From Octopus sinensis (lineage: Eukaryota), in contig NC_042998.1 in NCBI RefSeq assembly GCF_006345805.1, positions 150,784,001 to 150,848,000 of the forward strand: a stretch of 64,000 nt of DNA, given 5' to 3'. The stretch's first letter is position 1. Each line of letters opens with the position of its first letter. This document shows, piece by piece, positions 13,570-27,062 of the stretch. The notes under the pieces were generated by a model. It saw only the letters and a program-made list of their open reading frames with translations. It made no database searches and was not told where the DNA came from. The position numbers were made by a program, and so were the translations under genes.

Positions 13570-13894
13570 CTAAAAAACAGGAATAGTTAGAAAACTTTTT
13601 AGTTATAAATGAACGTACACAAAGTGGCAAAGAGATGGATAGGTATATATATACTGGCAGAGACACGTAGATAGATAGATATAGACTGATAGATATAAAG
13701 ATAGGTAGCTATATAGATAGACATCTAGACTGACTCAGAGACAAAAAGTTATACAGGTGGACATACAGATATACAGACTGGAAATGACGATTGAATAAAT
13801 GAAAGCCTACAGGTGAAGAAAGGAGAAAACGTAAGAATGAGAGAAAAAATGAATAAAAGAAAGAAAGAAAAGAAGGAGGATAAACTTTACTCAC

Positions 13895-14085
13895 CTGCAA
13901 CGTTTTGGTGCTTTTCTTTCATTTTCATGAGAGTAAGTGGAATCGTCGCAATTCTTGGGACAAAGTGATGACGATTTGTTAGTGCACAGGTTTTCACCTG
14001 TCTTCCATTCCACCATATTGGCTGTAAAACATCTGTCTTCTCTGAGAGGCGATTCACGGCGTTTTTCTGCTAATCTACATCGGTT
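13895..14085 (-). CDS. SAMD11: SAMD11-like exon 2 (NRCRLAEKRRESPLRED...KRC)
   Basis: Acceptor TTTTCTTCGATTTCAG|AAC, phase 0. NRCRLAEKR continues ISSPV exactly as NRGRLADKR does in SAMD11. Donor TGCAG|GTGAGT, phase 2; 191 nt. Confidence 0.9.
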
Positions 14086-14387
14086 CTGAAATCGAAGAAA
14101 ACCCACAATTATGGAATGGAAATGGTAACGATAAGAGGTACAAGTGTGGTTATGGGGTGAGTCTCACTGCATGCCAGTTCGGGCAAGTGCTCTTTACAGT
14201 AGCCCCAGGCCGACCAAAGCCTTGTCAGTGGATTTGATAGACATGTGTTTTCAGTGTAAATTCCTCACTTCAGTGTTTATACAATATACGGGAGGGGGAG
14301 TGACAGAAAGAGGGAAGAAGTTAAAGAAAGAGAGAGAGAAAATTCCTACGGCATTCACAAGTATTCGTATTTCATATTTTCAATCTG

Positions 14388-14425
14388 TCGTCGGAAGATC
14401 GAAAACGTGAAACTCAGAGTAAAGG
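14388..14425 (+). ncRNA. Hammerhead relic related to the IR1 family
   Basis: tcgt-CGGAAGA-t-cg-aaaa-cg-t-GAAAC-tcaga-GTA-aagg. It shares GAAACTCAGAGTAA with IR1; U4 is mutated. Confidence 0.45.
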
Positions 14426-14923
14426 TCAAAGATTTTCAGCTGACGATATTATATAGGATGAAACTTTATAACACGTATTAAATATTCTGTTCTCCTTGGA
14501 AGCGCTTCAGCTTGTGCCGCACGCACACGCACACACACAGATAGATATATCGATACAACTGTAAGAAATCCATCGATAGCGATTTCTCTCTAACTTCCTA
14601 CAACCACTACTAGAATTTATTCATATTGGAGGATCGATCGCATTACTTCGATCGGTCAGCTTCCTCTCTGACGTCAATTAACCCAAGAAAAGATTCTCTC
14701 TAAATCCTAACATTACCAGCCTTACAGTTTCACCCCACGTGCCTCGTCCTACCTTTCCCTCTGTTTTCCGTCCACCATTCCCTTTCTCTCCTCTTCATTT
14801 CATTCACCCTTCTCATCCCTTACCGTTTTAACTATCATTTACCATACACTCCACCCGAACCATCTTCCAGCATCATCTACTGCAATTTAGTCTTTTCCCT
14901 TTAGCCTCCTCTCATTCTCTCTC

Positions 14924-14965
<42 letters not shown>

Positions 14966-15081
14966 TATATACATATATATATATACATATATATATACAT
15001 ATATATATACATACATTATATATATATACATATATATATAATATATATATATATACATATATATATACACATTATATATAC

Positions 15082-15123
<42 letters not shown>

Positions 15124-15175
15124 ATATACATATATATATATACATATATATACATTAATATATATATATATATAT

Positions 15176-15222
<47 letters not shown>

Positions 15223-16119
15223 ACATACATATATATGTATATATATATGTATGTCTATATATTATATATATATGTGTGTGTGTGTATATCATATATTATA
15301 TGCAACACACACACGCATATGTAGATGAAACATATATATACGTATGCTCATATCAAATACATACGTACATTTATGCATGCGCGCACATACGCACACACAT
15401 ATACATATATACACGCATACGTACTCACGCACACATACACATACTCATGGATGCGTACACACATGTTGGCCATAAGGTTTACTCCTAATCTCTGGTGTTA
15501 AACCAGATTATCGGATTAACGTTTATTGCCTTTGTCTCACTAAATCCACTGCAGTCAAAAGAATCTCGTAGATTATTTTTCTTTTTTATTTTCCACCCGA
15601 CCCCTCACCTCTACCCACTTCCACAACTCCACAACTAACAACAACAACCACAACCAAATAACCATAACTATATTTTAATATAATAATAATTCAAGAATCG
15701 GTTTTACTTTCAAAACAGGACACAGAAGACTCCGAAAAACTCTTAAACCATACTAGACAGATCCTTTCCCAACAGAGACGGACTTATACATAAAAATATT
15801 GTGTAGAGATTTCCAAATGATCTGATAAACAGGTGACGACATTACACTAGAAAGACTGAGTTTCAAAATGAAAACAAAGAAAATATCAATAAACTAAACA
15901 TAAATATAGCCCCACCGACTTAAGTTATCCTAACAGGTGACATACTCTTAACCACAAATCATTTACTACTTCCTGTTTTTCAGATAACAGAAGAGATAAT
16001 ATCGTATCGTGACGACTCAATTTATATCCAGAACAGTCCACATCAGCAGAGAGCTCACCAGTTCCGACTCAACCCAAGACATCCCTTTCTGCTCCACTCA
16101 CCTAGAAAACTATTCTCCT

Positions 16120-16158
16120 GCTTGTCGGGAGTTTCAAGCAAACGCCTTCATCAGACGC
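16120..16158 (-). ncRNA. Hammerhead relic
   Basis: The reverse complement reads gcgt-CTGATGA-AGGC-gttt-GCTT-GAAAC-tccc-GAC-aagc. Stem II is 4 bp and the triplet is GAC instead of GUC. Confidence 0.45.
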
Positions 16159-16407
16159 TTCTTGAAAATCAACCATCAAAACAAGACACTAATCGGAAAA
16201 TATACATCTTCCTCATAAACCATCATTTTGACTTTCATCTTCCATGAAAAACTTAAATAATCAATTGGGAAATATAAAAACTGAATATCCCGAACACACA
16301 CCTTCAAACATTTTGGGAGGCGAAGGAAGGATGGAATTTGGTCAAAATTCTAACAATTCCAAAGACAAGAAAAATCGAACTAAAGTTACATCATACAAAC
16401 CCACCAC

Positions 16408-16454
<47 letters not shown>

Positions 16455-16574
16455 GTGTGATGGTCTCAGGTTTCCAACGAACCAAATCAACTATTCACAC
16501 CGTTTCTGACTACGTGGTTTCCATAATAATTAATGTCCGTGTTATTTGTATATTTCGTCTTTTCATTTTTGCCT

Positions 16575-16612
16575 CTTTCTGATGAAGGTCCTAAGTCCGA
16601 AACGCTAAAAGG
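16575..16612 (+). ncRNA. Hammerhead relic at the 3' end of a Penelope-like relic
   Basis: cttt-CTGATGA-agg-tcctaagt-cc-GAAAC-gc-TA-aaagg. G16.2 appears to be deleted. Confidence 0.5.
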
Positions 16613-16999
16613 TACATTTTTTTCCAGTGTCAATAACAATAAACTTTGGATGTAAGGTTCTTTTTATCACAGATCCGCGCGCACGCGCCACAGTATGACA
16701 AATACGTTTTTCTTCTTTCAGTTTGAGATTTCGATGAATCAATGATGATGATGATGATGTGGAGGAGGAGGACAACGACTACGACCATGATGCTCTTAGA
16801 CCAGGGATTAATAGGAGAAAGTAAAACAAACACAGCGCATTGCCCCGCCTCCACCCCTACTTAAGACAGCAGCAATACGGTGCGAAGGTATTGATTGGCG
16901 GTAACGGTACAAGCACATTAACACCAACACACGCACACACAATCAACATCACGATGAGTTTTATGTAAATATTACACGTGTGACTGTTTACACAGACAT

Positions 17000-17046
<47 letters not shown>

Positions 17047-17395
17047 TAAAACTAAAAATATTACTATATCTGATGTTAGAAACTGGACTTACGGGTTAGA
17101 AAGAATACGCGCATTTATTTTACGCATATACATTTTATACACACAGACACACACACAAACACACACACACACAGAAACATGCATGCATACAAGCTAACCT
17201 ATGTAAATCGACATTGAATATCGATATACACGCACGTTTATAATGGAATGTGAAAATAAACAAACGTGTTAGCTTCGTTAGTGTGTATCCGAACATTAAC
17301 ACACACCTATGTATGTAATATGTGTATATACATAGATAAATGTTTTGTATGTATAAGATAGATGTATGTACGAAGAGCGCACATCTTTCTGTACA

Positions 17396-17835
17396 TATGT
17401 AATGTATGTATGTATGTATGTATGTATGTATGTATGTATGTATGTATGTATGTACGTATGTTTGTATGTATGTATGTATGTATGTATGTATGTATGTATG
17501 TATGTATGTACGTATGTTTGTATGTATGTATGTATGTATGTATGTATGTATGTATGTATGTATGTATGTATGTATGTATACATGTATGTATGTATGTATG
17601 TATGTATGTATGTATTTATGTATGTATGTATGTATTTATGTATGTATGTATGTATGTATGTATGTATGTATACATGTATGTATGTATGTATGTATGTATG
17701 TATGTATGTATGTATACATGTATGTATGTATGTATGTACGTATGTTTGTATGTATGTATGTATGTATGTATGTATGTATGTATGTATGTATGTATTTATG
17801 TATGTGTATGTGTATATGTATGCATGTATGTATGT
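17396..17835. repeat. (TATG)n microsatellite with periodic variants
   Basis: Direct reading. It is the source of several spurious MYVC/YIHT ORFs. Confidence 0.95.
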
Positions 17836-18021
17836 ATGCATCTATGTGTGTGTGTGTGTGTGTCTTTGTATATATGCATGTATGTATGCATCAATATGTG
17901 TGTGTGTGTATTTATGTATGTATGAAGTTAGCTGGTTTAACTTCAGCAAGTTTGCATTTTGTAAAAAAGAAATGAAAAATCTTGAAAATCAAGAAACAGA
18001 CATATGAAACATCGTATTCCG

Positions 18022-18070
<49 letters not shown>

Positions 18071-18090
18071 CGTGTGTATGTATATCTATT

Positions 18091-18124
<34 letters not shown>

Positions 18125-18621
18125 TAGATAGATAGATAGATAGATAAACATACGAAAGGGTAAAGAGATAAGAGAGAAGCTAACGGAACCATCGCTGAGC
18201 AGCAGCAGCAACATCAACAACACAAGCGATAGCCGCAGCAAACGCCGTAAGCCAGTACCGACATCAGCAGCAGCTGTTACAGCAGTGAAAGCAGCCACTG
18301 GCTGCTACTCTCAACGACAAACAAATCGACTTTTGTAGTACTGACACCCCTTTAATATACGCGGCATAGCTCTAGGTATCTGTCTGACTATCTGCCTGTC
18401 TAACTATCTATCTATCAATCTATCTGTCTGTATACATACATATGCACATATATAAACATAAAACTATTTTGATGATGATGATGATGATAGTGATGGTGAC
18501 CATTATCAAAATGAAATTTAAATGTAATAAATTGTAGTAGCAATGTTGGCAGTGATGACATGAACATCACAACGTCACAATCACAGCAGCCCCCACTACC
18601 GTTGCTAGACAGTGAGAGTGA

Positions 18622-18654
<33 letters not shown>

Positions 18655-19165
18655 GGTGAGAGAGGAGTGAGAGAGAGAAATGTTATGAGATAGTATGATT
18701 ATTGATTATATCGATCCGTAATATTTGATTATTGGTTTAATTAATCGATAAAAGACAGCGCTGACCTGGGTGGGATTTGAACTCTGATCGCAAAAGAATG
18801 GAACTCTTGTTTACTTTTCTTTTATAGAACAAACAGAGACTAGATTACAATAAATCTGGGACACACACACACATAAAGACAACGAGATAGACAGAGAGAC
18901 AGACAGACAGACAGATGAAATTATGCTATGAATTTTTATTTCTATGTACATATCCACCAAGATGCGATCTTTGAATACTTGTTGCTATTTGCACGAACAT
19001 TGTTGCTAACTTTGGTCTTTTTCTCGGCCTCTCTGTCTTTGTTCCTCTCTCTCTCTCTCTCACCATTTCTCTCTCCCTTTCTGTAGCTATCTCCTTTCTC
19101 CAACCCCATATTCCCCGATTTAAGTGGAAGGAAATTCTTCACAAGAACACTGTTAATTCCGCTGG

Positions 19166-19237
19166 CACTGATGAGCAGCGCATGTAGCTTGCGAAACACC
19201 AAACTCATTGAAGACGTCAGCAACGGGTAGGTGTATG
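19166..19237 (+). ncRNA. Type I hammerhead motif with intact core and true stem III loop
   Basis: ca-CTGATGA-GCAGC-gcatgta-GCTTGC-GAAACACC-[29 nt]-GGTGT-A-tg. Stem II starts G-C, stem III is 5 bp (ACACC/GGTGT) and the triplet is GUA. Stem I is only 2 bp. Confidence 0.55.
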
Positions 19238-20454
19238 AACTCTTTACTGAAATGTAAAATATTCATGAATACGCAAACGAAGAATGAATGATATTTGCCC
19301 AATAAAATATGAAATTCTAAATTGTACGCCCAAACAATGAAAATGGCAGAAGCTTTGGCGTGTCGAACAAAATGCTGAGAGACTTTACATTCAGATTCCA
19401 CCGGATCAGAGTTCGCCTTCCATCTCTTTGGGGTCCAGATTAGGAAGAATTATATATTTTTGTAAAGAATAACTTGGAAGAGTTACTGCCACCTAACCTA
19501 TTATCTGCCTTACAGTGGGTTGTAGGAACTATGTCTACTGAGCCTCGCAAATTAACGCCACAGCAGTAGCTAGCTCTCTCTGTTTCCATGTCTAAATATA
19601 TTTAGCTCTTTAACCACCGCCAGCTGGCCTCTCTCTTTCTCTCTCTGCTATTTCCCTGAACTTTACACACACAGTCTGTCTGTGAGTCTGCTAGACTGCT
19701 TGTCTCGCCTTCCTTCCTTCCTTTTCCATCCATCCGTCCGTTCGATCCCACAATCTTGCCCTTCCGGTTTCCTGCCAGCCTCTTCGTCCATCCGCCTCTA
19801 CAACTGCATGCTGGCTTTTCCGATACTTACTCTCTCTCTCTCTCTCTCTCTCTCCCTCTCTCTTCTTTCTGTCTTTCACACACAGTTTCCAATGAATTGC
19901 TCCTGCATAGTTGCATGTATGTGTGTATGTACATGTGTACGGTGTGTGTGTTCATCTCGTCAAGTTCACCTAAAACATCAGCATCATCATCATCATCAAT
20001 ACTAATGTCTTTTATTTGCCACAGAGGCATCAGCTTTCACAATACTCCACGCTGTTAGACTATGAGAATTACGACTGTACAAATAGAGACCAAACATGAC
20101 CATCACCATTAAATGGAATATAGATTTAAACAATAAAGGAAAACACTAAACCATTTCTAACAGAAAACGAATAATTCCAACAGAACTCTCTCTCTCTCTC
20201 TCCCTTTGTTTCTTTTTGTCTCCTTCTCGCCAATCCTCTTTTTTCAACCAATCTAGTAAGATGCAAGACAGGAAACATTGGCCATCAGGTGACAATAAAC
20301 TTTACTGTAGATAACATACAACGTGATACTCTGCCACATATTTTATACTGGATCCAACAGGAATGGGGAAATGGTAATAGGTTTACAGGAAAGTAACCAT
20401 GACAACGTCCAATAAAACCCACATCCATCTCTTGAAGAACTGGATTCAAAATAC

Positions 20455-20775
20455 CAACTTTTATTGTTTACTTGTTTCAGTTATTAGACTGCGGCCATGC
20501 TGGGGTACCCACCTTAAACGATTTGTAGTCGAATGAATTGACTTCAATACTTATGTCTTTTTTTTAAATCCCGGTATTTATTGTATCGGATTCTCTTGGC
20601 GAAGTGACATGGGTGTAAAGTGACATGGGTGTAAATCCACCAGCACCGTTTGTCAAGTGATGGAGGTGGTCAAAAACTGACAAACACACACATATAGGAC
20701 ACGATTCTCTCAGTTTCTGTCTACCAAATCCACTCATAAGGCTTTGGCCGGCCCTGGGCTATAGTACAACCGAGG
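20455..20775 (-). mobile_element. Diverged CORE-type SINE fragment
   Basis: Contains the family motifs GACTGCGGCCATGCTGG and CTACCAAATCCACTCA. Confidence 0.6.
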
Positions 20776-21380
20776 TGTGCCAAGAAATATACATACATAT
20801 GAGGTATCATGATTCCTCATTTAGAGTCAAAAATACATTTTGATACTTCTATCAATAAATATTATTGATATCTATTTTATGTTTTTTTTTATATCAACAC
20901 TGGTGAAATAAAGAATATTTTTTATTATCAATTCCAGGGACAAACTTTTGTTATATTGATGTTGAACCAAAAACCAACTGCCATATTAGATTTTCTAATG
21001 GTGGTGCTGTGGGTTTCTGAAAGGCTTGGCAAGGGTGTTTCGAAACAGAAAAAGTTGGGATACTGTGCGATAGGCATAAATCACTTGCGCAGTGGGATTG
21101 GACCCGGAACTTCGCATCACGGAGCCAAGCCCGCGCCTACTCTTTAAGATAGAGTAAAATGCGAAAAACAAGCTTATGGCCATCGATAATGATGAAGGTG
21201 TCCCAACTGAGAATATCAAGCGATTTAACAAGACTGGACAAGTAAGTTAGGACAGCGACAGGAGAATGGAGGCAGGATTAGTTCTGACCAAGATAGAGAG
21301 AAGTCTCCAGATAAAAGTGTAATATACAGGCTGGGTCAGAAGACACGCACCAAAACATTTGACAATTTATTTACATTACG

Positions 21381-21438
<58 letters not shown>

Positions 21439-21549
21439 CATCATCATTATTGTTGTTGTTATAAATTTTGTTGATCACGTCTAAGTACATGTATATTGTT
21501 TATTTTATTTTATTTTATTTTATTGAAACCGAAATGCGCAATACATTAT

Positions 21550-21745
21550 ATTGGTTTCAAATTTAGGGCTTGAGACCAGCAATATTAGGGGCAGAGGTTC
21601 TGGTCGATTAGATCGAACTCCAGTATTCCTCTGGTATTTATTTTATCGACCTCGAAACGATGAAAGTCGACTTCGGCGGAATTTTAACTCAGAACGTAAA
21701 GACGGACCAAATAATGCAAAGCATTTTGCCCGGCGCGCTAACGTG
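21550..21745 (-). mobile_element. Second SINE family copy
   Basis: Collinear with 2443-2660 (AAAGTCGAC...CAGAACGTAAAGACGGAC...AAGCATTTTGCCCGGC). Confidence 0.7.
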
Positions 21746-22363
21746 CGCGTGCGTTAGCGCGCGTGTGTGCTACTTTGTTAAATGCACGAAACTCTCGGCT
21801 CTTGAGTCACGGATATGGAACAACCGAAAAACAATAAAATGAATACAAGCACTCAACCATACACACCTACACTACGTACGTACATACATGCATACATACA
21901 CACACCTAAATAATACACGAATGCACACAAAAATATACAAAAATAACACACACACAAAACTACCGCGTTTACTGCACACCCGCATCACACATCTCTGCTG
22001 TCTTCTCCGTCAGTCGACGCAAGCACAGTTTTTCTCTTAAAGGGAATTGTTACTACAAAAGTCGAACACCGCAGTTTTTATATCTCACACCATCCCTCCT
22101 TTATATTAATTGTTTATCGTCAACACGATAACTACTACAGTTGTTCTCTATTTCTTTATTTCTCTCGATCACAAGCTTCTTTCAACTTCTCTGTCTCTTC
22201 ATCGTCCTCCCCTTTCCCGCCCTGTATAATTTCTGTTTTCTTTCTTTCTTTTCTACATTCCCCTCTCTTTCAATTTCTCCTACGGGCGCTCGTTGTTTCG
22301 AAAGTACTGTGTATATAATATATATATAAATATGTATGCATGTATGTATGTATATATATATGA

Positions 22364-22453
<90 letters not shown>

Positions 22454-22591
22454 TCAGTCCCGGTATCCGAAACTCTGAGTTTTATTATGACAACCTGCTA
22501 ATTGTCACATATGATATTTATAGAATAAATTCCTCTATTTTATATAATATCGAGTCTTCATTCATTCTTTTGTTGTCATATTATTGTCAAT

Positions 22592-22625
<34 letters not shown>

Positions 22626-22754
22626 GTATGTGTATATTTATTTATAATATATATTATATATATTTATAATACATATATATATTATATATCATATATATAT
22701 ATATAATATATATTTATTGTATATATAACATATATTATAATATTATATATATAC

Positions 22755-22808
<54 letters not shown>

Positions 22809-22953
22809 TATTGTATCTATGTATTATTGTATTATATACACGCACATAGACATATATCTAATATACATTTAGATATATATGTGTATATTATAATATCTAT
22901 GTATATATATAATATCTTGTTTGTTTTGCAAAATAGTGGTTTTGTCTCTAATA

Positions 22954-22985
<32 letters not shown>

Positions 22986-23080
22986 CATACATACATACAT
23001 ACATACATACATACATACATACGTACGTACATATATATACACATACATATATATATGTATATATTACTGTATTTATATAG

Positions 23081-23122
<42 letters not shown>

Positions 23123-23453
23123 ATACATATGCATCATGTATATATATACCTATGAACATATTTGTGTTCATATGTATCTATAAATATATCTGTTCAAGGT
23201 CATAGGTATAGTTTTATTTATCTATTTACCATACTTTTGTACCATCAAGTTTAAAATCCATGCTGGAGCACTGCGCATATTAACGGGGAGTATGAGAGAG
23301 AAAGCAGGAAATCAAAATCATATTTCTGAAGATGGCCAACAGAATTGTCGAAAAATGTTCATAGATGTATGTATCTGGTATGTAACTCGTGTTTCCATTG
23401 ATGTAGACTTAGCTACAACCCTACACATGTATGTATGTATGTATGTATGTATG

Positions 23454-23487
<34 letters not shown>

Positions 23488-23627
23488 TGTATGTATGTAC
23501 GTACGTACGTACATACAGACATATATGCTGATGTTGGTGTTCATATACATACAAGCTATTGACACACACACATATATACAGGTTTCAAACGAAAAATATA
23601 AACAAACACCACGGACGCAACGCACGC

Positions 23628-23697
<70 letters not shown>

Positions 23698-24074
23698 TAA
23701 TATTATATATATATATATATATAATATATATATTTAAACTAGTTAAGGACCACACACATGCACACAGAAAATAAACTAGCGACCTTGCAATACAGATTAG
23801 TGTGTATAGGCAAATACAGACACACATATTCACAGATACGAACGTATATACATTATGTGAATGTGTATATATCTGCATATGTGTGTATGTGTGTATCTGT
23901 AGAGGCAGTACTGTTGGCCTTTCCCGGTAAGGTGTAATGGAGTTTAGCACTGCATTTTAAAAACCACGGTCGCAATTTCATTTTACTCGAGGTCCGTACG
24001 TGCGCGCGAGCACACACACACACATACATAGTGGAAGAGAGAGAAGTAAGACGATATTCGATTCATAATTATTC

Positions 24075-24115
24075 CTTGCGACTTGAGTTTCATGTTACTG
24101 CGATCTTCAGGCGAG
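24075..24115 (-). ncRNA. Minimal hammerhead relic
   Basis: The reverse complement reads ctcgc-CTGAAGA-tcgcagtaacat-GAAAC-tcaa-GTC-gcaag. Stem I pairs 4 of 5 bp, stem III is one change from palindromic ACTCGAGT, and stem II is decayed. Confidence 0.55.
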
Positions 24116-25792
24116 TACGCATGAAGGAAGTGGCGAGAAATTTGAACGCGGGAAAATTAATTTAGTTTAAGTTCTCAAAGCATGAAATGCATCAAACACA
24201 CATAAGAAGACACAAATGCAAGACATGCTGACGTTTCTACCTCAAATCTATCCTACTTTATCACCAACACCACTGTCACCACCAATAATTTGAGAGAGGT
24301 TTGGTAACAATTTCTAGCAAATTTACTGCTCACTGCCCTCAAAATCTCATGTTGTTTTGTTCTCTCTCCACCCTTCCCGTTTCTACACGTTCATGACTGT
24401 ATTTTATCAACCCAACAAACACTCCACCCTTTGTACAAACTTTACTTTTCACAGCCCTCCTACCCTAAGTTCAAATCCCACGCGAAACAGCATCTCTTTC
24501 TTCATCTTTTCACTTATTTTATTTCATTTCTTTATTGTTCCACTGACCGTTTTATTGCTATTAACTTCCTCTTTGATCTTTCTTTTATCGAGTAAATATG
24601 GCGGTCGGCGTTCAATAAAACAGGTAAAAACCTAAATGATTTCGGTCGAGATACCCCCACGTTGCCCACCCCCAAAACATACACATCAACCCACAAAATT
24701 CATGACAATTTTTATTCCTTTTTTTATTTTATTCAATTTATTCTTGCTGACCACAATTCATAAAGAGACCATCTTTTAGAAATTACAACGAACGGATATA
24801 CCTGTCTACCCGGTTCTAGTAAATATATATATTATACACGTACACACACATATATACACATATATATACACATACATATGTGTGTGTGTGTGTGTGTAAA
24901 GGTCAACACCCAGATATCGAACCCGTTATCTCTACGACCATCCGTATCTGTTACATCCGCCATTTTCTGATGTATTTATCTCTTAATCTAAACATTTATC
25001 TTTTAACTTACATCCAATGCTTGTTATGTTATCCTACATATATAGATAGATATATTACATATACCACACACACACATGTATACAACATACACTAATACAT
25101 ACGTGTGTGGGCATGTTAGGCTAACGCAAAACGCGATGGATATATGCAAGTGCATGATAATATATGTATAATATATATATATGTATATAAAGATATATAT
25201 ATATGTGTATATATATATATATGTATATAAAGATATATATATATATATGTGTATATAAAGATATATATATATATATATATATGATATATAAAGATATATA
25301 TATATATATATATATATGCATGTATATATATATGTGTATATAAAGATATATATATATATATCCTGTAACGGTGGTGTGAAATAATGTATATAAAACGTGA
25401 ATAGGATGGGGTGAACGGATACTCTAAACGCATATAACCGACACACACACACACACACACATACACACACATAGTAACATGTAAGCATGCATATACAGCT
25501 GATACTGACAAGCACGCATGCACATACGTATTACATTAACACAGGCACATGCAGAAACGCACACATACGAACATACACAGAAACACACACACACGCGCGC
25601 GCGCACATAAACACACATCGGTCCGAACACACAGACATATAAACACGAAAGAGAGAGGAGAGATGAAGGGAGGGAGTGGATGGTGGTGCTTTTAATTGCT
25701 TCATGGTATATTGAACTAATTAGAGATAGAAGAACCAGCTGGGATCAATAAGGGCGGGAGGTGGGGCGGGATGAAGGACGGGAAGTAGAGGC

Positions 25793-25827
<35 letters not shown>

Positions 25828-26629
25828 TGGCAGCGGTGGTGAAGAGATGGATCATCTGAATAATCAGAAAAGAGGTTGAGAGAAAGAGGGGAAGGGGTGA
25901 CAGAAAGGACACGAAACGAGGAGGAGGATTAGGTATGCGTTTGCCTATATTTATATATATGACATATATATATATATACACACATATACATATACACGTA
26001 CATATATACATACTTACATACATATATATTCGTATACACACACACACACACATAATACTCACGTACTCGTCATCTCCGTATTTATCAATCGATTTAATCA
26101 TCTTATATCCGGTTTCGAACCCATATCAGAACATTCAGTTTGATGAGGGGTGTAGTTTTAAATAATATTTCAGATATAACGATTACGTTAGATACACACA
26201 CACATACATACATGCAGAGAGAGAGAGAGAGAGAGAGGAGAGGTGTATATGCATGAGAGTATAAACAAAACAAGAGGAGCAGCGAGAGAGAAGCAAGAAA
26301 TTCCTGAAATCGGTGGCAATGTGCGTATGTAGGTGTGTAATATGAGGAGTGTCAATGGATGAGAGAGGGAAGAAACGTTGAAGGGGATGGGTGATTGTGA
26401 TCCATTCGGGCGGAGGACGTTCACACAAGACAAGATGGATGAGAAGCGGTTTGAACTTTGAGACCTTCCGTCAAATAAATAGAGGAGAAAAGAAATAAAC
26501 AAACACCCATCTTCGCCGCCACACCCTATCCTGGGCCAGACAAACCACTCAGAATACATCGCCTTGTCTCTGCATCTCCTGTCCAGCACTCTCACATAAC
26601 ATCACAACTGCCATCATACAAATTCTTTT

Positions 26630-27020
26630 ATTCTTTTACTTGTTTTAGTCATTTGACTGCGGCCATGGTGGAGCACTGCCATAAAGGTTTTTCTTTTTAG
26701 CCGATGAAATCGACCCCAGGGCATACTCTTTGTATGCCTAGTAAGTATTCAATCGATCTTTTCTGAACCGCTAAGTTACAGGGACGTAAACACACCAGCA
26801 TCGATTGTCAAGCGACGGTGAAGAGACAAGGACAGTCAAAGACAGACACACATAAATACATATACACACACACACACATATACGGTGGGCTTCTTTTAGT
26901 TTTCGTCTACCAAATCCACTGACAAGGTCTTGATCGGCGTGAGGCTATAGTAGAAGACACTTGCCCATGGAGCCAGGCAGTGAAACGGAACCTGAAATCA
27001 TGTGGTCGGTGAGCAGAGCC
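26630..27020 (-). mobile_element. tRNA-derived CORE-type SINE (diverged)
   Basis: Collinear with the 49771-50189 copy. Confidence 0.75.
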
Positions 27021-27022
27021 TA

Positions 27023-27062
<40 letters not shown>

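Larger units (their letters stand above)
15660..16660 (+). mobile_element. Decayed Penelope-like element fragment
   Basis: Frameshifted, A-rich coding-like sequence. The translation (RTVH...QDIPFCSTHLE...IGKY) loosely resembles the C-terminus of a PLE GIY-YIG domain. It is followed by a hammerhead-bearing 3' region and AATAAA. The assignment is from recalled consensus only. Confidence 0.4.

Noticed and set aside
16700-16830. Plus-strand acceptor-like site followed by an acidic stretch (NDDDDDVEEEDNDYDHDALRPGINRRK*)
   Set aside because: All three frames have a stop shortly after the AG, and there is no partner exon.
17296-18007. ORFs of 180-213 aa such as MYVC.../YIHT..., and many similar YI/CV ORFs across the window
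   Set aside because: They are translations of (TATG)n, (TA)n and (TG)n microsatellites.
21762-21812. 3' half of a hammerhead (gtgc..gcac-GAAAC-tc..ga-GTC-acgg); a related string occurs at about 34978-35005
   Set aside because: The CUGAnGA box is absent, so no ribozyme can be supported. It may be a remnant.
24222-24270. Minus-strand GAAACGTCAGC resembling a hammerhead 3' end; similar weak matches at about 195-225, 3455-3500, 14439-14470, 26105-26130 and 56608-56645
   Set aside because: Each has two or more core lesions or lacks stems, and cannot be distinguished from chance by eye.
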